DNA of 61,887 nucleotides, filler included. It is 9 parts of 9 records of this genome, joined end to end, with 100 filler letters (N's around TTAATTAATTAA, not from the genome) between each part and the next. Parts side by side here need not be neighbours in the genome. Positions count along the whole stretch, not along the records: positions 31,792 to 37,896 come from SRR15195285_3169; positions 37,997 to 44,951 come from SRR15195285_3188; positions 45,052 to 49,702 come from SRR15195285_3193; 6 more parts are not named here. The stretch is one strand, 5' to 3'. The notes below the pieces were generated by a model. That model did not search any database. It had not been told where the DNA came from and saw nothing but the letters and a program-made list of their open reading frames with translations. The translations under genes were made by a program, and so were the position numbers. Below are positions 35,327-46,434 of the stretch, one piece after another; position 1 is the stretch's first letter; every line of letters begins with the position of its first letter.

Positions 35327-36791
35327 TTAGGGGCCTTGCATCTTGGTTGCAGAAGCGACAGGGGTGACCTGCGCCACAGGGGTGACCTGCGCCACAGCGG
35401 TAGCAGGCTCTGCTACCACGGTGGAACTGGCGACAGGCGCGTTTGAGTTGACCACTTCACTCACCACGAACGCCTGCAAACATGGGTAGTAAGTCAAGTC
35501 AGTTGGCCAGAAACGGACGGATAGCGCGATGACAAACAGCATTTGAGTCGTCCACTCGCTCGACTTGGCATTACGCTAAGAAGCATGTTGCAGCCGCATT
35601 GAAGCCAAGCAGGCCGCAGCGTAAGCCATCAGCCCGCGTGGTGTACAATACGTACCTCGACAAAAGGCGGGCCGTTGACTGGCTCAGCGTGCACAACCCA
35701 ACACTCTGTGGCTGGCGCCGCACGTGCACCGTTTGCATCCGCGCCATAGGTAGAGATCGGCGCAGTGAATTCGGCTTGTAAGGTCGGGACCCCGGCGTGG
35801 AACAGGTAAGGATTGCGCGCGCGCGCGTAATCGCAGATCTGTTGAACACCTGCTGCGGAAAAATTGTTGTGCCCGAGCTTTAGTCTGATGAGGTACGGGT
35901 GGTAGTCGATCAGTCTGCAGACAGCTGGGATCTGCTCGTCGCCGAGGAAGTTCTTATCAAGGTAAATTTGGCGAACGTATGTGCAGCGAGGAAGCGTCGG
36001 GACAACACGCTGCGTTCCAGACACGCACAAGAAAACGGTACATTCGAGGAGTGTGAGCGGTCTGCACAAAGAGAGGTGGATCAGTGCCAGTGCAGAATTA
36101 CAGCTTGCGGTGTTACCAGGTTGTTGTTTGCCAGGTTGAGAACTTGTAGCTGCGGCCACATGGGGTCGTCCGGGAAGGTCACGATGTCGTTGTCGTTCAG
36201 GGAAACTGCCCGCACATTAGGACACCAATCCATTGCACCCGGTGGGATGTGGGGGCCGATGTCGTTGTTGGCGAGGTTGAGACCCTCTAGGCAAGCCATC
36301 ACGACTGACCCCGGGACCGGCAGCCCGAGCCGACCGCCCTTCCCGATGTCGTTGCTGGCTGCGTCGAGATAAACAAGGTTTTGACCTCCATTGACCTCCT
36401 CCAGCGTGCGAATGTCATTGTTTGAAACGTCCAGGTAGAGGAGATTCGGCGCCGTACGCAGGCTGAGGCGTCGCACGTCGTTGTTCCACACGTTGACCCA
36501 GCCAGCGTTCGGGCACTGCCACAGCCTGCCGCCCTTGCCCTCGGACTCGTCGCCGTTGTCGTAGGTATTGCCGCGTGTTGCTTGGCGGATCTGCTGCAGC
36601 ATTGTCGCCTTGTCCCAGACTCCGCTCGGCTGCACTCCCCACGTGCGCGTCGGCGCGGCGACTACGGGCGTCGCCATCGGCACGCCGCCGCCGTACGCGC
36701 CTCCGGTCGGCACGCCAGCATACACCCCTCCTCCCCCTGTGGCCTGTCGTGTAGCGCCCCGAGGCTGCTCGCTCGAGGAGCAGCAGCCCAT
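35327..36791 (-). CDS. Leucine-rich-repeat protein with predicted N-myristoylation/palmitoylation (MGCC), 3 exons
   Basis: Start MGCCSSS; repeats LLYLDVSNNDI, LVYLDAASNDI, LEGLNLANNDI, LQVLNLANNNL, IYLDKNFLGD and LKLGHNNF. Confidence 0.8.
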
Positions 36792-37896
36792 TGCGTCCGC
36801 GTCCGGGGCGCTCGGCTGGCTGCTCTGGGAGTTCCCGATCTTGGCGCCACGAGCAGGAGCCGCTCCGTGTCGACCAGCACGTACTAGATCTAGTACGTCC
36901 AATCTGCGCTTTTTCGCCACCGCGGCACCGGCCACTGGCCTGTGGCCAACTCTATTGATAGTACCCGGTGTACGGTACTAGCTAGTAGACTGTACCCGTA
37001 CTCGGACAGTGTAGCAGGGGGCTACTGTACTCTCCGCTCTTCATGACTCTCTCCTTCACGTCCAAGTGGGCCTAATTCTTCGATGAATTCTGAGAGGGGC
37101 GTCTCCGGAGGCGACGACGCCCAGGGGTAATACCGGTAAGGATACCCCTGCGACGCCGGGGCGCAAGTTGTCAAACAGTTCTCGATCACATCTCAGTTGT
37201 GTGCATCGGCAATTCGTTCTCTTGCATGATCCAGTGGTGGCAACCCGAGACGGCGGGCCGTGCGAGGTGCGACCGACGCTACATGTCACCGCGCGCGCGC
37301 GGGCGTGACCGTGCGTTGCCAAACCAAACCAAGGACCACAATGTGGCCGGTCGCAGCAAAGTAACCTCAATAAATACAACCCGCGGGGCTATGAGTGTAA
37401 GAACGAGTCACAGGTCGTTGGAAACACCCCTGGTGGGGAGATGTCTTCCGACAAAATGCAGAGTTCTCCGGTTCAATTCCGGTTCAGCGACCAAATTCGA
37501 CACTCGTTCTTTTTGCTACCATTTTGCGTTAGTAACGCTTGAACACCACAAATCTCATCGTAGGCAGCCCGTTTCCCAATCGCAAAATTGGGATTTCTAT
37601 TATCGGGGCAACGCTTGAACGTGACTTCGCCATCTGGCTGCGCCGGATCGAGGAGGGCATGACAAGGGGAAATCTACCGTATCGGTTCCTTCGCGACGAA
37701 GTTGAGACGGTGGCGACATGTTCAACGAGATTGACCGTGGCAACCACAGCCGGCTGTCGAACACCGTCCACTTCGCGTGGTTTACGACGTTGATGCCGTT
37801 GCAGCTGTATGACGGTTTGACCCGCGGCGTCGACGACACGATGCAGCTCCTATTTTCCCACTAACGAGCAAAAACCCCACTCGATTTTCGCTGGAC

Positions 37897-37996
37897 NNNN
37901 NNNNNNNNNNNNNNNNNNNNNNNNNNNNNNNNNNNNNNNNTTAATTAATTAANNNNNNNNNNNNNNNNNNNNNNNNNNNNNNNNNNNNNNNNNNNN
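37897..37996. other. Artificial contig linker
   Basis: N44-TTAATTAATTAA-N44. Confidence 0.99.
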
Positions 37997-38234
37997 GAGA
38001 GAGACAGAGAGACAGAGAGAGAGAGACAGAGACAGAGAGACGGCTAGGCGAGACAAAGAGAGGCGCAAGTCTGGCCGGTGTGGCGCGCTGAGGCCAACCC
38101 TAGCTTTGAAATGGTAGACGGCTGCGCATGTGTGTCGGACTAACGCCACGCTATATTTACTTGCACACTGTAATTCACTATCCCCGCGGTACCGGCAACG
38201 CTTCGAAATGTTTACCCAAATTCGTCGGAAATGA

Positions 38235-39833
38235 TTAGCCGACGGCAACCTTGTGACGCATCAGCTCAGTCCTGTACTTATCTGGAACCCCAATCATCTC
38301 CATCTCTGCCAACTTCTTAGCTTTGATCGCCTCGATCTTCGCAGCCTCAACCTGCATGCGGGCTTCCAGCTTGCCTCCCTCCGACAGGAACTTCTGGCGC
38401 TGCTGCTTGCGCTCAACCTCGTTGCGCGCGATGGTCTCGCGTAACTCATCGGAGTGGTGGACGTTCGTGTATATCCGCTTCTCCATTTCCTCCCGATCGC
38501 GGGCATCTGCCTCAGCCTGCACCATCAGGATGCGCTCAAACTCGAGCTTCTCCAGCTGAGCCTGCTCGGCGAGCTTGCGCTCCTTCTCGCGCATCTGGAC
38601 GTTGCGGGCAATCTTCATCGCCTCCTGTTTCTCCTGCGCTCCCATAGCAGCGGCCAGCTCCTTCTCCCGCCACTCGCGCTCGGCAGCTTCCTGTGCTCGC
38701 TTGGCACGCAGGGCATCCTCCTCAGCCTTGGTGTCGGCCGCCTTCTCCTGCTGGGCACGCAGGCGCAGCGTCTCCTCCTCTTTCTCCGCCTTGATGCGGT
38801 CGGCCTCGGCACGCAGGCTACTCTCGCGCTCTTCCTTCTCGATCAGGTAAGCCAGCCGGCGCTGCTCCTCGGCCTCCTCCAGCAGCTTGTACTCGTGCTT
38901 CTTCTCGATTTGGCCCTCGTTGGCGCTGAGCACCTGCTCCAGGAGCTTCTGACCAGCAACCTTCTTCTCCTCAAGCGCCTTGCGGTCCTCTTCCTCCATC
39001 TTCTGGATGTGCTTCAGCATCATCTGCTGCTCGATGTCCTTCTGCTCCAACTCCAGCTCGCGCTGGGCCTCGCGGATCTTGATCTGGTCCACGATGACCA
39101 ACGCACCCTCGCGCCGCTCCTTCGCCTTGGCAGCCTCGACCTCCGACGCGCGCTGGATGGCCTTGACGCGCTCGATTTCCATGATCGTGTCCAACCGCCG
39201 CTCCTCTTCCTCCATCTCCTGCTGCATCTCGACCTTCTCGGAGATCTGCGCGTCGCGGATGGTGACGCACTTGGCGTACGCCATCATCTGGTTCATCGCC
39301 TTGACGTCGTCGAGCTCCTCGTCCAGCTTCTGCTTGGCCACAGACAGCGTCGCGTTCTCTTTCGCGATCTTGCGGTTTTCCGAGTCGGACTTCGGTGCGT
39401 TGGCCTTGCGGGCGGCCTCCGCCGCCAGCATCCGCTCCTTCCGCGCCTTGGCCTTGGCCTGCTGCTCGGCCTTCTGGTCGGCCATGGACTTTCGCGTCAT
39501 CGCCATCTCCTGCGCGGACACGATCGTGGCGGCCTGGCGCATACGTTCCAGGTCGCCCCCCGAGATGACGGCCGAGTCCGGCGCGTTGATCTGCGGGCGG
39601 TTGCCCAGCAGCTTTTCGATGGACTCCATGCTCACCACATCCGCCGCCGCAACCCCTCCCTTCCGCCCCCCGCCCATCGCATTCCCTTGGCGCTTGGCGG
39701 CGGACGGCGTGTTCGTGTTCCCGAACAGCGCCTCATCCACCTGCGAGGTGGGCGCCACCCGCCTGTACGAACTCCGGCTCATCCGCGAGCCCTTCGTCCC
39801 CCGGCTCCCCGCCGAGCTCGCCGCACGCGACAT
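38235..39833 (-). CDS. CFAP45: Cilia- and flagella-associated protein 45 (CCDC19), intronless
   Basis: SQVDEALFG; EELDDVKAMNQMMAYAKCVTIRDAQISEK...EEERRLDTIMEIER; DALRAKRAQEAAEREWREKE; C-terminal GVPDKYRTEL. Confidence 0.92.
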   Translation of the reverse strand: MSRAASSAGSRGTKGSRMSRSSYRRVAPTSQVDEALFGNTNTPSAAKRQGNAMGGGRKGGVAAADVVSMESIEKLLGNRPQINAPDSAVISGGDLERMRQAATIVSAQEMAMTRKSMADQKAEQQAKAKARKERMLAAEAARKANAPKSDSENRKIAKENATLSVAKQKLDEELDDVKAMNQMMAYAKCVTIRDAQISEKVEMQQEMEEEERRLDTIMEIERVKAIQRASEVEAAKAKERREGALVIVDQIKIREAQRELELEQKDIEQQMMLKHIQKMEEEDRKALEEKKVAGQKLLEQVLSANEGQIEKKHEYKLLEEAEEQRRLAYLIEKEERESSLRAEADRIKAEKEEETLRLRAQQEKAADTKAEEDALRAKRAQEAAEREWREKELAAAMGAQEKQEAMKIARNVQMREKERKLAEQAQLEKLEFERILMVQAEADARDREEMEKRIYTNVHHSDELRETIARNEVERKQQRQKFLSEGGKLEARMQVEAAKIEAIKAKKLAEMEMIGVPDKYRTELMRHKVAVG

Positions 39834-40360
39834 CCTCCCCACCCCCTGCAAGCCCCGATCACGGCTGCGACCACGACGACCACCGCGACCACGGCGACCT
39901 CTCTCCGCGCTGCGTAACGGCTCCTATCCAGCCGGCTCCCTGTGGCGGTTAGTTGGGCTCTGTGATTCTTACGGATCCCCGCGCTGTAACAGCTCTCACA
40001 AATCCCCCCGATTTCACCCTTTCCACGGTAGCACTGCCCGTTTCCGGCGATCCATCGCTGCCCGAGTTCTTCATAGTGGAATGACGGAGTGATTGTGGAT
40101 GGAAGGAGTGCGTTTGAGATGGTCAAATGGTGTCAGCATATTAATTAGTGATTTCTCATTACTTTCGACGGCGGGGTTCGGGAAACAGGCAGAACCGCGG
40201 ACCCGCAACGACCGGAGTTGGAATTCCTCCAGGATGACACCGAATTTCGGTAAATTCAAGTGATTTTCGAACAGAAATTCTGGCGAGGGATTGGATTCCT
40301 CTCAGGCAGTTGGACAAGTACCTACCGTGGTTGTGTGAATCTGGGGGTGGATTGGCTGGA

Positions 40361-40411
40361 GGGCTCATGGGAACGCTGCGTGTTCTGTTAAACGTTTCCC
40401 GGATACTAAAT
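40361..40411 (+). repeat. Copy 1 of an imperfect ~50-bp direct repeat
   Basis: GGGCTCATGGGAACGCTGCGTGTTCTGTTAAACGTTTCCCGGATACTAAAT; the same blocks recur in order at 44807-44921. Confidence 0.8.
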
Positions 40412-40473
40412 TGACTGGGGAATTTGAGTGGGGAATTTGAGTGGGGAATTTGACTGGGGAGAAAATTGAGTGG
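40411..40473 (+). repeat. 13-bp tandem repeat (TTGASTGGGGAAT) x4 plus partial
   Basis: Read directly from the sequence; four GGGG tracts separated by 9-nt loops. Confidence 0.9.
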
Positions 40474-41333
40474 ACAAGGTATTAATGCGGCACTCAACGG
40501 GAATGCCTTGACCCATCGGAGTCTAGGAATCCTACTAGTAATTCACGAACACGGAACAGCGGAGTCATCGAAGAAGAACTGGCCGGCGGATGGTAGCAAA
40601 TTTAGAGGATGATTACGTTGGAAGAGATGAGTGATGAGTCGTGACGAGTCACAGACCGGAGATCCGGCGGAGCCCGTCGGCTTGTGAAAAACACACAGAC
40701 AGCGCTCGTCGGGCACGACGTCGCCAATGGGCTGCCACATCACATTCCTTCGGGCACCCGTTATCTGAGCTGCAAAAGAATCCTCAGTATCACAGATCAA
40801 CCGAGTGGAACGGATTTTGCAGATCGGAGGGCCGCGGCCCATCCTTCAGTGACCTTCACTGGCCAAGTACCCGCTGCATCAACGGCTGGATGACGAACAG
40901 TATGGCTCGTGAAACGTGGGGCTGGGAAGGAGTGATTTACATTGGCTGTGGTGCAGTGACCAACGTGGTGAGGCAGTTCAAGCTGATGGATGCTGTGCAT
41001 ACGGCGGCAGCAGCAATCAGACACCATTTGGTGTGTTGCAGAATTGTCCCTGGGCAAAGAGTGCAAAGTGACTGGGAGTCGATTGATCGCCGATGATCGG
41101 AGGGCTGGGGGCTACACATCTACACAATGTTGGGCCAAGGAGGGCTCACCCTTCCCCCACACCCTCACCCTCCTGCCTCCTCCCACATGACTGGTGTCAA
41201 TGTCTGTACAATAGTCACGGATCACGCAACGGTTGGCTTGCGGCGGTTTTGTAGGCTATAGAGTATGGCAGGGACTGGAATAGCAACTTACGGTGCTTCT
41301 TACAGTGCATTCATTATGTCCCTATGCATAGCA

Positions 41334-44300
41334 CTAGTTGAAAAAAAAATATATGGCAAACATGATCCCCTCAGCCACGACCAAAAGCCAGAAGGAGCGC
41401 CACGCATATCTCAAATCTTCACCAAAGATTTGAGCGCAACAGCACAAGCCCACCACAATGTACGTCGCCATGGCGACCGCTGGCCAGAGCAGAATCAGAT
41501 ACCTCATGAAGAGGGGCATAGGATGTGCCCCGCAGGTGCAGCGCTCTTGCGCGCGACCATCGCAACCACAGCCATCACATCCACAGCCCCAGTTCCTTTG
41601 AAAATGTTGCCGATTGGCAAAGCTTCGCTCGTCATTGTGGACGAACGGCAACGTGACATTGCCACATCCACAACTCGCAACATCCTCGTTCAACACAGTG
41701 GTCATTGCGCTCCAGTTCTGCTCGAAGTCTTGATCGTCGTCGTACACGAAACCGTTAGGCTGCTGTGGCAGACCAATTTTCTCAATTATCACCGCGATGT
41801 ACTCATGGGGCTCACCTTCCATCCACATCCAATTGTCACTGGATTCGAAATAAATCTGCAAGAAGGTGTCCGCCACCTCAGCACAGCTTGCGTTCACCGA
41901 TTCGAACACGATCTGACTTCCAGGGGCGCAGCCGGCCACCGTCGTGTTCGCGAGCGCGCACGGGAGTTGCGCAATGCGCGTCAAGCTGCCTGCACACAGC
42001 GTTGAGGCGGCACTAGTATCATGACTAGTATGCGCCAAGTCAACACCAGTCTTTGCCGACACAACAACGTACAACCCATAGAACATTGTTGCGTTGAAGT
42101 AAGTGTCCGACACGTTGGTGCCAGCGCGATACGACGTAACCATCCGTACGATGAGCAGCGCGAGAAAGCACAAGCAGCCCAAGCTTGTGAAAATGTAGCC
42201 GGTGGCGAGCGGCGTTGGCATGTCTTGGGCTGCGATTCCTGCGCCCAGCGCAGCAAAACTGGACATGTCTCCAAAGAAAAGTACAGTTCCAATCAAACCC
42301 TGAACAACGGGGATAATACAAGTGATACACCCAGTATCGACTCCCAGGACAGCAAACCGGTATGCAGCGAACTCCATGCTGCAGCGGCTGGTGAAATATG
42401 AGACAATCTTGTCCGGTGCGAACACATACAGTGCCAGAAAACTGTACCCACTGAAGGGTGGATCCTCGTTGGTGCGTGCGGAAGCTATCACATCAACCAA
42501 TAGAAACGCCGGGGAGATCACCGCACAGACTACGGTCATCAACAAATACACGCCTTCCCGAGCTGCCACAACCATCCCGAATTTCCGCTGAGTACTGTTG
42601 AGGTCATCAAAACTCACCAGCAATACGACGAAATACGCGACTGGCTGGGCGACGTGCCACATGAAGAATCGCAGGACGGCCAGCTGCCGTGCTTCTTGCT
42701 CTGACAGATCGCTTAACTCAACGGCAATATCCCACAGTTGCGGCCACCGGTGGAAACGGATGATGTCGTGCATCGAGACACCTGGGGGCTGCAGTTCGAG
42801 TTGTTGCCACACGCGTGGCCGCCTCCATTCTTCAGAGAACGGCAGTGCCCGACCTGAAACCACTCCGAAGTCCTCAATAAAGACCCAGCTCCCACCTTGG
42901 GCACGCACGAGCGGCTTTGGGGGGGTGCACCTTACATCTCGGCCCACCACCACCCCGCGGATCCACAGTGAGTCTTCACAATCACGCACCCACACCGTTT
43001 GTAGCGTGCCTGGTGGCTGGTCTACGACAGGTTCCACAAGTCCACTTTGCAACGATCTGTTGCCAGGCTCAGTCCGGAGGAGGCCTGCAAACGCATCTGG
43101 CTCCGGCTCTTCCGGTTCTGGCTCCATCGGTGAAGGCTCCACTTGCGCCTCTGCAGCGGCAATTTCAGCCGTCACACCTAGCAAAGCCCGGCGATGCAGC
43201 ATCTTCAGCCCTGCTTGCGCAAGTTCCTCATCTGTAGCTGTTTCAAGTCGACTCAAAAGTCCGCGCTCGTGCAGTGCAGCCGAGTACTCCGTAAGTTGCA
43301 GCTGTTCCAGAATCGGATGAGACTGCGCACGGTCTCTCTCCGACTTGGAAGTGACTCCACCGGCCAGTGGATTGTGCTCCCCAACACTCTGCCGATCGCT
43401 CTTGGGCTCCGAATCCACGAGATGCATCAGCGGAAGAGCTTCCACAGCGGCAATGTGTGCAGTTTTGCGCTCATTGTGGCAGCCGAGAAACGGCTCGGCG
43501 AGGCAGTCGAACAACGCCTTGCAAGCTGTCTGGACAAATGTGACCAGCGCCGTTCGCCCAGTTGCCGGTCGATCACCGGAGAGGAACAACAGGAAGTTAT
43601 CTGAGTGTGCAACCCCTTCTTTCATCGCTGCCGTGTCACGGACTGGCATCTCGTTATCGTACCACACTGTGTAGGGCCTTCCGTCTGGCTTCTGTTTCTG
43701 CCGCAGCAGGAAGCATAGTTGCTTTGCCTGATCCCCGGCACTTGCTTGCCTACGCACGCGTCACCACCACTTGTACTGAAATTCTCTTGCACAGTGTGCA
43801 CACTATGACTGTATAGACGCGACGCACGAGGTAGAGTGGCGAAGTGCTTACCCGTGCGAAATGAAGAAATCCCAGCGGCCTGGTGCATTTCGCGGATTCT
43901 GCGCCGGTGGTGCTCCACTACCACCTGGGGCGCGCGCCTTCTCCAGAATTCGAGACACCATCGCGTCCGTCTCATGTACGTCGCGGCGATAAGTGATCAT
44001 ATCGATGTGGAGAAGGAAAGCCCAGTCTGTGTTGCCGTACTTTTCCCACGCTAGCGGGACGTCGAAGTAGCCCTGCTTCCGCACGTCGTCCTCGTACACA
44101 GTGAAGATACGGTGCATGGCATTTTTATGGCGTTCCTTCGCCTCCCGGATCTCCATCTGCACGAACGGTCGGTCGAGGCATGTGCGGAATCTTGGCACTC
44201 TCACCATGGACAGGTCACCCACCGATCGGCAGAAGTATGGAATCGCCACGCCAATTAGAAGCAGGACGGCGTGCCCCGTGGAGATGCCCGTGTCCGCGTT

Positions 44301-44753
44301 GCCATTCGCGGGCGCACCCTCTTCGACGGCAGGTGAAGATATTGCATTGCTCTCGCAGGCGAGCGAACTTGCCACGCATGTATCACAGTCCCGCTGGTCC
44401 AGCAGGAAGGTCGCGCAGCACTCTGTGCAGGTGCACCCGCGCGAGTTGGGATTACACACAGCCGGTGCGCAGAGCTCTTGAACACAGCCTCGACATGCCT
44501 AACGCACGCACGTGCCCATGTTAGCTCAGCTGAGATAACGCTGCAGGGAAAGCCAGCCAGTGAGCCAGGTGACAGCGCGTATGCGACCTACTGATGTGCT
44601 ATAGTCCTTGCAGCACTCGCCACACACGGTACACCGTCCGCTCTCGGCCGCCGCACACACGCCTTCACCCGATTGGAGTCGTCGCACCTGTCGTCCCTCC
44701 GCGAAAGTCGCGCACACGATAACCTGAAAGATCACGCCCTGATACCATGCCAT
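41334..44753 (-). CDS. Membrane receptor-like protein: signal peptide, Cys-rich repeats, TM, permuted TIR, SAM, SH3-like barrel, polytopic membrane domain; exons 44753-44592, 44498-43852, 43749-41334
   Basis: Introns 44499-44591 and 43750-43851 join three ORFs in frame. TIR motifs RPFVQMEIREA and WDFFISHG|Q...VWYD...MKEGVAHSDNFLLFLSG; SAM ILEQLQLTEYSAAL...TDEELAQAGLKMLHRRALL; many hydrophobic helices in the C-terminal half. Confidence 0.8.
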
Positions 44754-44806
44754 GATACGGACACAATCCCCGCGTAGGGGGCTGCCTGGCACGTGCCGGC
44801 TCACTG

Positions 44807-44921
44807 GGGCTCAGGTCCGCCCCCAGCAGCTGCTGCGTGTCGGATCCAGCATGGGAACGCTGGTCGCTGCGGGATCCGAGCTGCGTGTTCTGTTAATATC
44901 TGTTAACGTTTCCTACTAAAT
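44807..44921 (+). repeat. Copy 2 of the imperfect direct repeat, interrupted by short insertions
   Basis: GGGCTCA[..]CATGGGAACGCTG[..]CTGCGTGTTCTGTTAA[..]AACGTTTCCTACTAAAT. Confidence 0.75.
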
Positions 44922-44951
44922 ATACAGTGGATGCTCACCAGCCGGAAACAA

Positions 44952-45051
44952 NNNNNNNNNNNNNNNNNNNNNNNNNNNNNNNNNNNNNNNNNNNNTTAAT
45001 TAATTAANNNNNNNNNNNNNNNNNNNNNNNNNNNNNNNNNNNNNNNNNNNN
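44952..45051. other. Artificial contig linker
   Basis: N44-TTAATTAATTAA-N44. Confidence 0.99.
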
Positions 45052-45334
45052 AGGAGAGGCTCGCGACGACCGACCCAGACATCAGAAGAGGGAATGCGAC
45101 CGCATTCTGTTCGTAGGAAAACAGTTCGCCTCCTTTTTCATCATCAAGGTGAACCCACTTCCCGCTGATAAGTTGAAAACACACGGCCGACATTTTGAAT
45201 TTGCTCAACTATAGCGTAGAAGTGTCAAAATCGGTGAATGGTTCGCCGGTGAATTTGTCCATCGACCAGTGGGAATTCGCCACACAACCGGTTCTCAGCG
45301 ACGGACGCGCTGCTGCTTCACAAGAACGATCCGG

Positions 45335-46266
45335 ATGCTACGCTCTGTCCTCTTCGCCTGCGCGCTGATCGGCGCCGCCAACGCGGCGCCGCACGTGGTG
45401 AGTGCTCGGTTGCCCCGCCCGTTGTCTCGCGCGAGAGGAGAGAAGAGAGACAGACAGAGAGACAGAGAGGCAGGCGCGCCGTGCGATGTGGTCCTCTCTC
45501 GTTTTGTGCCGCGCCAGGGCCGCTCGCAGGCTGCTCACCCGTGGCGCTCCCGTCGCATCGGTGGCGCAGGGAAAGCCGCCAAACTGCCCGCAGCTGCTCG
45601 CAGCCGCCGAGACCAAGATGACGGCCGCGGCGAAGGCGCTGAAGGCCGCCAATGACAACATGAACTCCACTCTGCCGCATCTGGACGCGATCGTGGCCGC
45701 CGCGCGCCAGAACCAGACCACGCACGACCAGACCTACAACGCGGCGCTCACCACCTACAACGATGCGGTGTCCCAGCACCAGAAGGCACAGACCCAGTAC
45801 AACCTTGACCAGGGCTCGCTTGTCAACATCCAGAAGGAATGCGCGCAGCCCATCAAGCCACCGAACTGCGCCCAGCTTGAGGCCAAGTGCGCAACGCCTC
45901 CGCCTCCCCTCCCCCCTTCTCCATCCCCCTCCCCCACCATCTTCCCCGCCCTGCACGGTTGTTCAGGTTTTCAAACCAGATCGTCCCACTGTCACGCCTG
46001 ACTCGGCGCCTGCGTGTTCCAGCGCCAAGAAGCAAATCACAGAAGATTCCGCAAACCTCGAGAACACCCAGGAAGCCATCGGCGTGGCGCAAAAAGCGCT
46101 GAACGTTTCCAAAGCAGCGCTCGACGAGGCCACTGCGGACTACTGGGCCGCAGTGAAGGACAAATCCGACACAGTGACCCAGCTGCAGGCGACGATCAAT
46201 CAGGCGATCAAGAACCAGCAGACGGCGGTTGAGGATTACGAGGAGGTCGTAGCCGAGTGCAAGTGA
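45335..46266 (+). CDS. Secreted protein of two tandem Cys-bounded alpha-helical repeats; exons 45335-45397, 45570-45886, 46023-46266
   Basis: Signal peptide MLRSVLFACALIGAANA. After splicing, both repeats start KPPNC.QL and end EC with identical Cys-to-Cys span (86 residues inclusive). Confidence 0.8.
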
Positions 46267-46434
46267 GGAGACGCAGAGACAGCCAGGCATGATTGACGCT
46301 GGCGCATGTGTTGTGAAAAGATATAAGCAGTGCGGACAATCCCCTGCGCAATTAAAGACACGACCAGAAACCAACCGCCGGTCGCAATGAACCTCGGTCT
46401 TTTCGCTTTGTAGTCGCACGTTCGGATTCTCCCG

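Noticed and set aside
38454-40092. Long plus-strand ORFs of 487 and 370 aa
   Set aside because: Antisense shadows of the GC-rich, coiled-coil CFAP45 gene.
40411-40473. 13-bp array as CRISPR or telomere
   Set aside because: No spacers, no cas genes, internal position and only about four units.
45052-45193. Possible start of a minus-strand gene (MSAVCFQLISGKWVHLDDEKG)
   Set aside because: Too short and truncated by the contig end to support a call.
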